A stretch of 64,000 nt of DNA from Octopus sinensis (Eukaryota). The stretch is taken from contig NC_042997.1 in assembly GCF_006345805.1 (NCBI RefSeq), positions 81,902,001-81,966,000 on the forward strand. The letters are read 5' to 3'. Of this stretch, positions 30,790 through 43,356 are shown in pieces. The notes beneath the pieces are model-generated. The model worked only from the letters and a program-made list of their open reading frames with translations, was not told the origin of the DNA and ran no database searches. Position 1 is the stretch's first letter; each line of letters begins with the position of its first letter. Both the position numbers and the translations under genes were made by a program.

Positions 30790-31305
30790 CTGCCATGAGC
30801 GAAGCACAAGTATACGAGTGGTTTTCAAGCTTCAAAAATGGTCACTTGTCGCTTGAGGACCAACCTCGTTCAGGGCCACCGTCAATCACCCGATCAAATG
30901 TAAACATAAAAATTCATGAACTGATTTTGGAGGACCGTCACTGAACAATTGACGAACTTGATATGACTGGCGTGTCCCGAAGCTGCTGCCAATGAATTTT
31001 GAGCGTGGAAATGTGAATTAAAAGAGTTGTAGCCAAAGTGTTGCCTTTCTTGCTCATGGAAGATAAAGGAATGTGTGTCGTGAACTGAAAGAAAAGCCGG
31101 AAATTGATCTGGATGTTTTTTCAAAGGGTATCACTGGTATCGAAAACTGGTGCTACGGAATTTGCAGATGTGGAAGAGGTGAAGGTAAAAACCACAGAGG
31201 CCTTAAAAGGCATCACTTCACAAGAGTTCCAGGACTGCATCGAACAGTGGAAAATGCGTCTGGATCGATACATTGCTTCAGATGGAAAATAATTTGATGG
31301 TGATA
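30790..31305 (+). pseudogene. Second mariner family, internally deleted transposase remnant
   Basis: VYEWFSSFKNG..EDQPRSG, ILEDR, ITGIENWCYG, then a jump to FADVEEVK..WKMRLDRYIASDG. The catalytic core is missing and no TIRs were found. Confidence 0.82.
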
Positions 31306-31327
31306 AAAGTATGTCAAAATTTGAAAC

Positions 31328-31399
<72 letters not shown>

Positions 31400-31409
31400 T
31401 ATTATTATT

Positions 31410-31929
31410 AAGTGATAGAGCAGTGCATGCCATCAAAGTGACACTGGGGTAAAATATACGATGCCCAGTATACCCATCATAACTACCCGTCTGATAAGGG
31501 TACATTAGGCACATGCATCACAACCACATGTGCGCAACATGGTGATCTCATATCAAGATAAACACCACATGACCTTGCAGTTGGGGCCCAGTTAGAATTT
31601 TCTTCTGGTCGAGTAACCCATCCCGCTCAAAAGTTCCCTGAATAAAGGTTGTTTAAGTATGGTGAACGAACACCCATGTTTCCAGAGGTGAATTCTTCAA
31701 ACCCCGAAGAATCCATCTCAACACATGGCTATGATGCTCCCCCACTACTTCTGCTCGTGATCAGAGGTGCACATATCGTCAGACACCCAGGGACATACTC
31801 AACTGGTTAGGATCAAAAACTGACAAGCAAAATCTGTGGTATTGAGCAGAATATATGCTGTAGCCCATCTTTTATACCCAGACAAAACAATGAATATGAT
31901 AACACTTCCAATCAGTTAAGATCAGAAGC
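31410..31929 (-). mobile_element. Element F copy F2
   Basis: Homologous to F1. Contains a ~50-bp segment absent from F1 and lacks the F1 terminal ~30 bp. Confidence 0.72.
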
Positions 31930-31964
31930 TACTTAATATTTTTATTATTATTATTATTATTATC

Positions 31965-33973
31965 ATTTTTATAGCGTGCTTTCACTTCACTACCGAGCAC
32001 AGCTCTGTGTGCCTTGGGTATGTGCTGTGGTTTGTTGTGATGCTCTGATGGTTATTGTATGGAAAGTGTTCTGCGTAGAATGTGTGCAGTGCTTAGTAGT
32101 GCAATTTTCTGTATGTTATATGTGTTTGTAAGTCCTGGTGTTTTTGTTATGTATTTGTCTGAATATTTTTTTATCATGCCCAATGCACCTACTATGATAG
32201 GAATTGTTTCTGTTTTCAGATTCCACATTCTAGTTACCTCTATTTCCAGGTCTTTGTATTTTGAGAGTTTCTCCATTTCTTTTAGAGACACGTTGTCATC
32301 AGCCGGTATTGATACATCAATTAGAAAGCATTTTTTTCCTTCATGATCTCTGACAACTATATCTGGTCTGTTGGCCTTAATTTCTCTATCTGTGTGTATC
32401 GGCATATCCCAGAGTATGGTTGCTTTCTCGTTTTCTGTGACCTTTTCTGGTGTGTGCCTATACCATCATTTTTCTGTTGTTATTCCATAATTTTGGCATA
32501 GCTTCCAATGTATGTAGGTTCCAACCCTTGTCATGTCTGTGAATATATTGCTTCTTAGCCAGGACTGGGCAGCTAGAGATAATATGATTTATTGTTTCTT
32601 GTCCATCTCCACATATTCTGCAGTTACTTGTAATATTTCTTTTCATTACATGTTTTTGGTAATTTCTGGTGGGGAGGCTTTGGTCTTGTGCTGCAATTAA
32701 AAATCCCTCTGTTTCTGCTTTGAGTCCTGAGCTTCTCAACCATTGCTGGGATTTTTCTTTGTCTATTTCTTTTGCGTTTAGTTTAGTCCAGTATTTACCA
32801 TGAAGGGGCTTTTCTTGCCATCGTTTTATCATGGTTCGTGCTGTTCTATTTTTAGTTTGGATTTCATTTGTTTTATAGCTTTTGTTGTTTCTTCATCTTC
32901 TTCTTCTTCATATTTATTAGGTGGTATGATTTCTTGTTTGTATTTGTCAGCTTCCTTAAATACTGAGAACAGTTTTTTGTTTTGCTCGTGTTTTGCCGCT
33001 ATTTGTATAAGTTTTCCTTCCTTCTGAAGTAGATATTTTTGCAGTCCTATGGTGGTTATTTTATAGTAGTTTTCCAGCTGTATAAGGCCTCTACCACCTT
33101 CTATACTTTGTATATATAGTCTTTCTATGTCAGATTTTGGGTGATGCATCCTAGATCCTGTCATTATTTTTCTTGTTTCCTATCTATTTTGGTCAGTTCA
33201 TTTCGTGTCCAGTTAAGGATATTGTAGCTGTAACTTATAACTGGGACAGCTGAAGTGTTGATACCTATTATCTTGTTTTTAGCATTGAGCTCTGTTTTTA
33301 GTATTGATCTAACTCGTCTATAATATTCTTTTTTTATTTTCTCTTTCATTTGTGTGTGTTGTGTCTTATCTAGTTCATGGATTCCTAAGTATTTGTAAAT
33401 TTGGCTTTGGTCTAATTCTCTTATTTCATTGGTTTTATCTAGTGTGATGTTGTTACTCTTAACTAGCTTTCCTCTTTTCAGGGTTACTTTGGCGCATTTT
33501 TCTAATCCAAATTTCATATCTATTTCTTTGGTAAATCCATGAACTGTCTTTAATAGTGTTTCCAGCTGTTTGTCATTTGCAGCGTATAGTTTTAGGTCAT
33601 CCATATATAAAAGGTGGCTGATCGTTTTGCCGTAACATTTATATCAGCATCCAGTTCTATTTAGCATATCAGATAGAGGTGACAGTGCCAAGCAGAAAAG
33701 GAGTGGAGAGAGCGTGTCTCCCTGGAATATTCCTCTTCTAATGGGGATGTCTTTGGTTTTCATGAGTCCCTCTTTTGTTTGGAGGTGTAGGACTGTTTGC
33801 CATTTATTCATAGAGTGCTCTATGAATTTTATGATTGTTGGTGCTACTTTGTTAATGGCTAGTGTTTCGAGGATCCATGTGTGGGGGATGCTATCAAACG
33901 CCTTTTTGTAGTCAATCCAGGCCATACAGAGGCCTTTCTTCTTTCTGTGGCTGTCTTCAGTTATGGCTTTATT
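31965..33973 (-). mobile_element. Family D copy D3, 5'-truncated, frameshifted
   Basis: ORFs 33644-33925, 33164-33604 (YMDD intact), 32829-33164, 32458-32832 and 32052-32405. Truncated at ggctttatt. Confidence 0.92.
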
Positions 33974-33999
33974 ATAATAATAATAATATAATAATAATA

Positions 34000-34044
<45 letters not shown>

Positions 34045-34090
34045 GTTATTATTAATATCATTATTATTATTATTATTGTTATTATTAATA

Positions 34091-34121
<31 letters not shown>

Positions 34122-34152
34122 CATTATTATCATTATTATTATTATTATTATT

Positions 34153-34460
34153 ACGTTTATATATTTGTTTTGCAAGATTCTTGATGAGAAATTGTGTGTT
34201 GAAACAGATGTGTTTCTATTTAAATTACAAAATTTAAAATACAAAATTGGCTGACCGTTAGTAAGGAAAGACACACAAACAAGAAAGAAATAAGCAAAGA
34301 ACCGCAGACGAGCTCACAGAAGTATGACGAAAGTATCTGGCCAAAATAAGATTAAAATTAATGTAAAAAATAAATAAAGCTGAGGGAAATTAACACCAAA
34401 TATATAGTGCGTGTGTTATTATTGGCTAAACTGGCAAAATGACCGTTCCTAAATACAACA
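34153..34460 (+). mobile_element. Element X copy X2 (hammerhead core mutated to CAGACGA at 34305-34311)
   Basis: Colinear with X1. Confidence 0.65.
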
Positions 34461-34462
34461 AA

Positions 34463-34502
<40 letters not shown>

Positions 34503-34517
34503 TATTATTATAATTAT

Positions 34518-35144
34518 CACTTCAGACGTAACACAGTATCCAAAATCGTGATTTTCTTGATTGAAGATATTGTGTCTACCGGGGGTTTGTATTGTCGGTC
34601 ACGTTACAACAAGGATCTCAGAAAGACAGTATCTTAAGCAATATGCGTGCTGTTCCCAGTAATGCCGTGTTTTGCAATATACCTACATTGTACGGTATTT
34701 CTAAATTTTCCAGATATTTATTCATGTTGTTTTGGTATTGAATCCAATACTCCGATGATAATAGGGACAAACTTTATATTTGACTGTCGTAGCTGCCACA
34801 ACATGGCGATTTCAATTCTCACGTCTCCATATTTATCGATCTCTTCTCTTTCTTTCATAATATGTTGATCTTGTGTTGTGCCTCCTCTGTTATTAGGCAC
34901 TCTTGTATTTCCCTCCTAAAGGTTACATTGTCCTGCCTTCGGTGCTCTAAGTCAAAGTCCCAGAGGATTTCTACCTTCTGCTTTTGGTTCTTTACCTTTT
35001 CTGGAGTATGTTGATGGCAAGCTCCCATTACCTCGTATCCATACTTCCGGCATTGTAGCTAGTGAAGGTTCTGCGCTACGTTGTCATGTCTGCTCTTGTA
35101 CTCTTTCTGCACAAGACGTTCACAAGCTTGTGAAAGCGGGCATG
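34518..35144 (-). mobile_element. Family E fragment E2
   Basis: Colinear with E1, same truncation point. Confidence 0.82.
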
Positions 35145-35170
35145 TGCGTGGGTGTATATATGTATATATT

Positions 35171-35953
35171 CAGGTGGAGAAAAACTGGGACGAGGTGACG
35201 ATCAGAGTAGCCAATCTCACCAAGAAATCGGCCGAGAGGAAGCTGTTCCTGAAAGGTCGAGCAGAGGGGGAGAATGCGTACATCACATCGGTCACCTACT
35301 ACCGCTTGACTGTCGACACTTGTCCCTTAAGTTGCCTGAACATGCTGGTCGGCATACACATCCAATTTCTGTGGAGGGATCGCGTTCCGCTGGTAAGGTG
35401 CTCCATCTGCTGTCAGCAACCGCTGAATGGCGGCTTAGGCCTGCCGTGGTTGATGATGCACAGACATCCGCTCAGACTGCAACATCTCCAGCGTCTCCTT
35501 GACTGTAAGCAGGTTTGGTCGCCGTTTGTTAGATTCGCTCTTCCACAGCTGGTATCTTTGCCTCAGCTGCAGTCCTGGATTAGGCTCAGTAAAGGTTGCA
35601 TAAATGCTCGGGGCCTCGGGTCGCCTTGGAAACGAGGTCACATTTTAAATGACCTGAGGTTCCTCTGTGTAGGAGTAGCAGCCATTAGTGAAACCAGAGT
35701 TTCCAACACACAGGACCTCATAACACTTTCGGTGGATAAGCGATTGTTCTATCTCCGTGTTGGCCGGGAGGGGGCGGTGGTGGTACTGCAGTGCTTTTCC
35801 GAAAAGATCTGGATTTGTAAATAAAGGCAATCTTCCTGGATCCAGAAAGTAAGTTAGTGTTTCTAGATGTGAGCAGGAGTGACGGCGGTACCTTCAGACA
35901 GGGGAGGGCGGTCGGATTACTTCAAGTGTCTGGAGGTTTTCCTGGGAACGTCT
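35171..35953 (+). pseudogene. Tx1-like post-RT/APE fusion remnant T2
   Basis: Colinear with T1. Ends in a ~620-bp deletion (gggaacgtct|tgaaatattttc). Confidence 0.8.
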
Positions 35954-36422
35954 TGAAATATTTTCTCATATTTCAAGCTTTATCTGATACTAGAAACAAA
36001 TTACATACGAAAACCACTTATACTTCAAAATATATCTCAATATATTTTACTGTCTGTTACCATCGTTGTACGAGATGCTCAGTATCATACTTGTACCGTT
36101 TGGGTAATTTTAGTGGCAAAAAGCTTACAGCAGTGTTTTTCGACCTCATCCATATTGTTGAAACTTCGTCCATTACAGCTGAGCACTGGTGTCGATGTAA
36201 TCGATTTACCCTCTCATCTGAAATTGCTGACTTGTATCAAAATTTGAAACCAATCATTATTATGTCGAATTCATATTATTGTTTTTAACCCCAGTCAGAC
36301 CCGAAGCGATCAGACGATGTTTAAACACAGATATCCCAGTCTTGACAATTCTCACTTTTTGTCCTGGCATTCTTTAGTCTTGACTATGTACAGTGTCCGG
36401 TATGAATAATTAGCTAGAGATA

Positions 36423-37422
36423 CGAGAGCCGTTCCATAAGTGATGCCCCTGATCCACTTCCCATAGCAGTTCCCATAGCAGTTCATAGTCGCACGCCTGT
36501 GCTTCTGATCTGGCGACAAGCGAGTTGTGGACCGGAGTGTTGTCCTGCAGGAGGAGGATGCCTTTGCTGATCTTGCCCCGCCTCTTGATTTTGATAGCGT
36601 CTATTAATTTCCTCAAAAGTGAAGCATCATAGGCTCCTGTAATTGTGGTACCCTTTGCCAGGAAATCTCTCATTACTACTCCGTCCTGGTCCCAGAAGAC
36701 TGTGAGCATGACCCTTGCCTTCTTTGGAGGAGGTGAGTCATGCTGCTTCCACTGCATTGACTGGGCGTTGGATCATAGTGATGGACCCAGGTTTTATCCT
36801 GTGTAATTAGTCTTTTGAAAAATTTTGATTCATCTTCTTGGCACATCTCCAAATTCATCCTCGAGCACTCAACGCGTTCTTGCTTCTGGAAAGGTGTGAG
36901 CAACCTGGGAATCCATCTGGCAGACACCTTTTGCATATGCAAATGGTCATGAATGATAGTTTCCACAGACCCGGTACTAATCTTGATCTCATGGGCTATT
37001 TGGCGAATAGTTATGCGTCGATCTTCCAAACACGGCAGCCTCAACTTGACGGACAGTTGCCTCATCAATGGCAGAAGGGGGCGACCAGATCTGGGAGCTG
37101 TTTCCACAGAGTTCCGACCATGTTTGAATTCACGATGCCAGCGTTTTACAAGGTCATATGATGGGACATCATCACCATAAGTTACTTTCATATCATCAAA
37201 AGTCGCCCGTGGCGTGCGTCCTTTCAAATACAAAAACCGGATCACTGCTCGACACTCAACAGGCTCCATTTCACACTTGACTCAGTTCAAACACATGTAA
37301 ATCAGAAACCACAATTAGTTCACTTAATCTATAGAGATATATAAATAATTGCACTTGCAAAATTTCAGCTAGATCAAACAACTGCAAGTTGGTCAAGGGC
37401 ATTACTTATTGAACGTCCCTCG
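36423..37422 (-). mobile_element. mariner copy M2 with an internal deletion
   Basis: Same TIRs and same left flank as M1. The region coding the transposase C-terminus is deleted at ~36470-36482 with a ttcccatagcag duplication. Confidence 0.92.
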
Positions 37423-38096
37423 TATAGTGTGAAACGGTTTATTTTTCTTTATCTAATGGAAACATTTCTCGTCTAAAACTAAAAACATAGCGGTAGCCTT
37501 TCTTCTTTCCTGTTTTCTTTCATTGGTTTCTATCATTAGAGAGTGGTCATGGTGGAGCATTTACTTGAAAGGTTTTAGTCGAACAAGTCGAGCCCATTAC
37601 TTTTTAATCCTTTTAAGACATACTTATTAAGCAAACCGACACTGGCTGACGAGCAGAGAGATATGTACTCACATACACACACATACAACCACGGTAGGCT
37701 TTTTTCAGTTTTTACCTCCCAATACACTCGCAAATCTTTACCCTGCTCTGGACCTCGTTTGCGTCAATTGGGTGGGAATATATCTAAATGATTTTGTTGA
37801 GAATAGCACCATTGTTTGCAAGCTTTACAAATAAGTTGCTGAATCATTGTATTTACGATGTGCATGTACTGAATCTGGTACCTCATTTCTATTAACAGCT
37901 TGAGGATCTCTTAAATGTATTATTGGCTTTTGGTATGAATAGCGTCGTTGTTTGTAAGCGTCACATATCCGTTTCTGAGTCATTGCATTTACTATGTGCA
38001 TTGAATAAAGAGGGCAGGACTGGTTTAGCAGGTAGGGCATGAATACCAGTAATATAATACCATAATAGGCCACCATAAAATCACTATTTTGAATTC

Positions 38097-39888
38097 TGGA
38101 GACACAAATCATCTCAAGGTCTTTTTCCGCACAACAAAAGAGAGAATAGAGAACACCGCCTTTGCCGACACCACCACCACAACAACACTCAGCAACAGCA
38201 CCAGCTAATACCGCTGACCACTACAGCTGCAAAAACAACAGTATCATTAGCTTTACCAGTAATCATAGCAGCACCGACCTCATTAATCTTAACAACATGA
38301 ACAAGAGCAGTGAAGGCAACAGCAGCGAACAAAACAGGGAATTCACGAACATCTAAGTCTTTCACATATCAGACAACAGCGAAAACAACAGCATCAGAAT
38401 TACCCAATATAAGAAATTTATTATCAACAGAACAACGGTAAAAGTCTCCCAAAGTGATGTCCCACTCGTGTTCGTAACAGTCAGACATGTCCTGTGGCCA
38501 TGGGGACGACGAAGAGCCTAAATGTCAAAAAGTTGGCAGGTCTGATAAAATAAAAGGAAATAAAATATAGACATACGAACACAAAATCTGGCAGGTATGA
38601 TCAGAGCTGGAAAATATCTTTGTGAATAAATACACACATAACCCCCACCACCGCCCAAAACAGCAGCGTCACCAGTAATGTCAGCATCATTCCCATCGCT
38701 ACCATCACCACCACTATTATAAAAAACACAACCCCCACGAGCACAACATAATTCGCACACACAAATCTCAGATCGCACATTCCAACACCAGCAAATGTCA
38801 AACATCATCAACTACACAGCAATAAGCAAGAACAATAAAGACCTGAAGGAACGCATATATAACCATACAGATAACGCGGCCCAGTTTTATCACACCAACA
38901 AACAACGTACCAACGCACATAACAGTTATCCTTAGGATAGTCCGTATAAATGCACGTGATTTGGGGTCGCCTATAAAACATAGTCATCTACTCAGCAACC
39001 TCAGATCACGAAGTGTAGATGTAGTGGCTCTCAGTGAAGTTAGACTCTGACTGACAAGCGTTCATGTCGATTTTCGGTGATTTACGCTCAGACAGGAGCA
39101 GGACAACAAGCCTTTTTCATGCGTCTGTAGGTTTTCGTAGGAATTCCTGTTTTAGTGGGCGATTTAAACGCCTTCGTAGAGCCACAATTTGACTGTGTGG
39201 GGGATAACCGGTAGTAAAGTGGGTAGTAAAAGCCTCACAAACCTGCTGAGCAATGGGGTCGAGGAAATCAACCTACCTCATTTCTCTAAATCGCTGGCCT
39301 TGTGGGAAAATTTGGAAGCATTATTATTGTTATTATTAGCTGCTGTCGCGTGTAAGACAGATCCGGCTATAAGCTGAATCGATAGTGAAGATTACCCCGC
39401 TACCCCCCTTTAACCGGGAGGGGCAGGCAATTTTTTTATTTATCTGGTGGTTGTAGAGAAAGAGGTAGTGTGGTGGACACGTTTGAAAGGGCTAAAGACA
39501 AACACTTTCGTCTTTGGCCGAACCCTCATCAACTTCAAGTCTCACTTGAGAAGGAAAGGGAGGGTGAAGAGGGAAATCTTGTCTTCTATCAAATTTCTTG
39601 AAATGTAGGTGGATGTGAGATAAATGGCCAGTGTAAATGGACCAATTCTGAGAATACACCTGTAAAAAGAATAAAAGGAGAAGGGCTCTTGCTCAGTTGA
39701 TCAGGCACCCGTGGCTTTTGTTGCTTTTCCCACGAGTAACCATTAAAGAGCCTACCACTATTGGGAGTTTTACTTGTTACTTCTGGATTGTTATTTAATG
39801 TTTACAGGAATGTGAAAATCCTTTGTAACGTCTTGTGTTGTCTTTTATGTATAATTTATATTAGCCCTTGTAGCCCATAAAAGAATGA
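38097..39888 (+). mobile_element. Internally deleted Tx1-like element T2b
   Basis: Colinear with T1b, with the same left junction and the same internal deletions in ORF2. Confidence 0.78.
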
Positions 39889-39968
39889 ATTATTATTATC
39901 ATTATTATTATTATTATTATTATTTTTTATCATTATTATTATTATTATTACTATTATTATTATTAGTA

Positions 39969-40005
<37 letters not shown>

Positions 40006-40014
40006 TGTTAATAC

Positions 40015-40070
<56 letters not shown>

Positions 40071-40192
40071 TAATAATATTATTAATATTATTATTATTAT
40101 TATTAATATTATTATTATTATTATTATTATTATTTCTATTACTATTATTATTATTATTATCATCATCATCATTATTATTATTATTATTATAA
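39889..40192. repeat. (TAT)n tract
   Basis: Direct reading of the sequence. Its interruption pattern resembles 25841-26188. Confidence 0.95.
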
Positions 40193-42217
40193 CAGTAGTT
40201 TTATTTTTTATAGCGTGCTTTCACTTCACTACCGAGTGCAGCTCTGTGTGCCTTGGGTATGTGCTGTGATTTGTTGTGATGCTCTGATGGTTATTGTATG
40301 GAAAGTGTTCTGCGTAGAATGTGTGCAGTGCCTAGTAGTGCAATTTTCTGTATGTTATATGTGTTTGTAAGTCCTGGTGTTTTTGTTATGTATTTGTCTG
40401 AATATTTTTTTATCATGCCTACTATGATAGGAATTGTTTCTGTTTTTAGATTCCACATTCTGGTTACCTCCATTTCCAGGTCTTTGTATTTTGAAAGTTT
40501 CTCCATTTCTTTTAGAGACACGTTGTCATCTGCCGGTATTGATACATCAATTGGAAAGCATCTTTTTTCTTCATGATCTCTGACAACTATATCTGGTCTG
40601 TTGGCCTTAATTTCTCTATCTGTGTGTATCGGCATATCCCAGAGTATGGTTGCTTTCTCGTTTTCTGTGACCTTTTCTGGTGTGTGCCTATACCATCTTT
40701 TTTCTGTTGTTATTCCATAATGTTGGCATAGCTTCCAGTGTATGTAGGTTCCAACTCTGTCATGTCTGTGAATATATTCCTTCATAGCCAAGACTGAGCA
40801 GCTAGAGATAATATGATTTATTGTTTCTTGTCCATCTCCACATATTCTGCAGTTACTTGTAATATTTCTTTTCATTACATGTTTTTGGTAATTTCTGGTG
40901 GGGAGGCTTTGGTCTAGTGCTGCAATTAAAAATCCCTCTGTTTCTGCTTTGAGTCCTGAGCTTCTCAACCATTGCTGGGATTTTTCTTTGTCTATTTCTT
41001 TTGCGTTTAGTTTAGTCCAGTATTTACCATGAAGGGGCTTTTCTTGCCATCGTTTTATCATTGTTCGTTGCGGTTCTATTTTTAGTTTGGATTTCATTTG
41101 TTTTATAGCTTTTGTTGTTTCTTCATCTTCTTCTTCTTCTTCTTCTTCTTCTTCATATTTATTAGGTGGTATGATTTCTTGTTTGTATTTGACAGCTTCC
41201 TTAAATACTGAGAACAGTTTTTTGTTTTGCTCGTGTTTTGCCGCTATCTGGATCAGTTTTCCTTCCTTCTGAAGTAGATATTTTTGCATTCCTATGGAGG
41301 TTATTTTATAGTAGTTTTCCAGCTGTATAAGGCCTCTACCACCTTCTATACTTTGTATATATAGTCTTTCTATGTCAGATTTTGGGTGATGCATCCTAGA
41401 TCCTGTCATTATTTTTCTTGTTTTCCTATCTATTTTGGTCAGTTCATTTCGTGTCCAGTTAAGGATATTGTAGCTGTAACTTATAACTGGGACAGCTAAA
41501 GTGTTGATACCTATTATCTTGTTTTAGCATTGAGCTCTGTGTTTAGTATTGATCTAACTCGTCTATAATATTCTTTTTTTATTTTCTCTTTCATTTGTGT
41601 GTGTTGTGTCTTATCTAGTTCATGGATTCCTAAGTATTTGTAAATTTGGCTTTGGTCTAATTCTTTTATTTCATTGGTTTTATCTAGTGTGATGTTGTTA
41701 CTCTTTACTAGCTTTCCTCTTTTCATGGTTACTTTGGCGCATTTTTGTAATCCAAATTTCATATCTATTTCTTTGGTAAATCCATGAACTGTCTTTAATA
41801 GTGTTTCCAGCTGCTTGTCATTTGCAGCGTATAGTTTTAGGTTATCCATATATAAAAGGTGGCTGATCGTTTTGCCGTAACATTTATATCCGCATCCAGT
41901 TCTATTTAGCATATCAGATAGAGGTGACAGTGCCAAGCAGAAAAGGAGTGGAGAGAGCGTGTCTCCCTGGAATATTCCTCTTCTAATGGGGATGTCTTTG
42001 GTTTTCATGAGTCCCTCTTTTGTTTGGAGGTGTAGGACTGTTTGCCATTTATTCATAGAGTGCTCTATGAATTTTATGATTGTTGGTGCTACTTTGTTAA
42101 TGGCTAGTGTTTCGAGGATCCATGTGTGGGGGATGCTATCAAACGCCTTTTTGTAGTCAATCCAGGCCATACAGAGGCCTTTCTTCTTTCTGTGGCTGTC
42201 CTCAGTTATGGCTTTAT

Positions 42218-42218
<1 letters not shown>
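40193..42218 (-). mobile_element. Family D copy D4, 5'-truncated
   Basis: ORFs 41514-42170 (YMDD mutated to YMDN) and 40291-41409 (CCHC+RLE). Same 5' junction as D3 and same 9-bp deletion as D2. Confidence 0.92.
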
Positions 42219-42262
<44 letters not shown>

Positions 42263-42347
42263 TATTATTGTTATTTTTAATATCATTATTATTATTATTA
42301 TTATCATTATTATCATTATTATTATTTTTATTATTATTATTATTATT

Positions 42348-42656
42348 ACGTTTATATATTTGTTTTGCAAGATTCTTGATGAGAAATCGTGTGTTGAAAC
42401 AGATGTGTTTCTATTTAAATTACAAAATTTAAAATACAAAATCGGCTGACTGTTAGTAAGGAAAGACACACAAACAAGAAAGAAGTAAGCAAAGAACCGC
42501 AGACGAGCTCACAGAAGTATGACGAATGTGTCTGGCCAAAATAAGATTAAAATTAATGTAAAAATTAAATAAAGCTGAGGCAAATTAACACCAAATATAT
42601 AGTGCGTGTGTTATATTGGCTAAACTGGCAAAATGACCGTTCCTAAATACAACAAA
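42348..42656 (+). mobile_element. Element X copy X3 (hammerhead core mutated)
   Basis: Colinear with X2 (cagacga at 42500-42506, gaatgtgtc). Confidence 0.65.
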
Positions 42657-42661
42657 ATTAA

Positions 42662-42698
<37 letters not shown>

Positions 42699-42703
42699 AT
42701 TAT

Positions 42704-43330
42704 CACTTCAGACGTAACACAGTATCCAAAATCGTGCTTTTCTTGATTGAAGATATTGTGTCTACCGGGGGTTTGTATTGTCGGTCACGTTACAACAAGG
42801 ATCTCAGAAAGACAGTATCTTAAGCAATATGCGTGCTGTTCCCAGTAATGCCGTGTTTTGCAATATACCTACATTGTACGGTATTTCTAAATTTTCCAGA
42901 TATTTATTCATGTTGTTTTGGTACTGAATCCAATACTCCGATGATAATTGGGACAACCTTTATATTTGACTGTCGTAGCTGCCACAACATGGCGATTTCA
43001 ATTCTCACGTCTCCATATTTATCGATCTCTTCTCTTTCTTTCATAATATGTTGATCTTGTGTTGTGCCTCTTCTGTTATTAGGCACTCTTGTATTTCCCT
43101 CCTGAAGGTTACATTGTCCTGCCTTCGGTGCTCTAAGTCAAAGTCCCAGAGGATTTCTACCTTCTGCTTTTGGTTCTTTACCTTTTCTGGAGTATGTTGA
43201 TGGCAAGCTCCCATTACCTCGTATCCATACTTCCGGCATTGTAGCTAGTGAAGTTTCTGCGCTACGTTGTCATGTCTGCTCTTGTACTCTTTCTGCACAA
43301 GACGTTCACAAGCTTGTGAAAGCGGGCATG
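42704..43330 (-). mobile_element. Family E fragment E3
   Basis: Colinear with E2. Confidence 0.82.
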
Positions 43331-43356
43331 TGCGTGTGTGTATATATGTATATATT

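Noticed and set aside
36423-37422. Independent recent transposition of the three M mariners
   Set aside because: Shared flanks and shared inactivating changes (TQDKT, frameshift after WVHHYDP) show passive duplication of one dead insertion.
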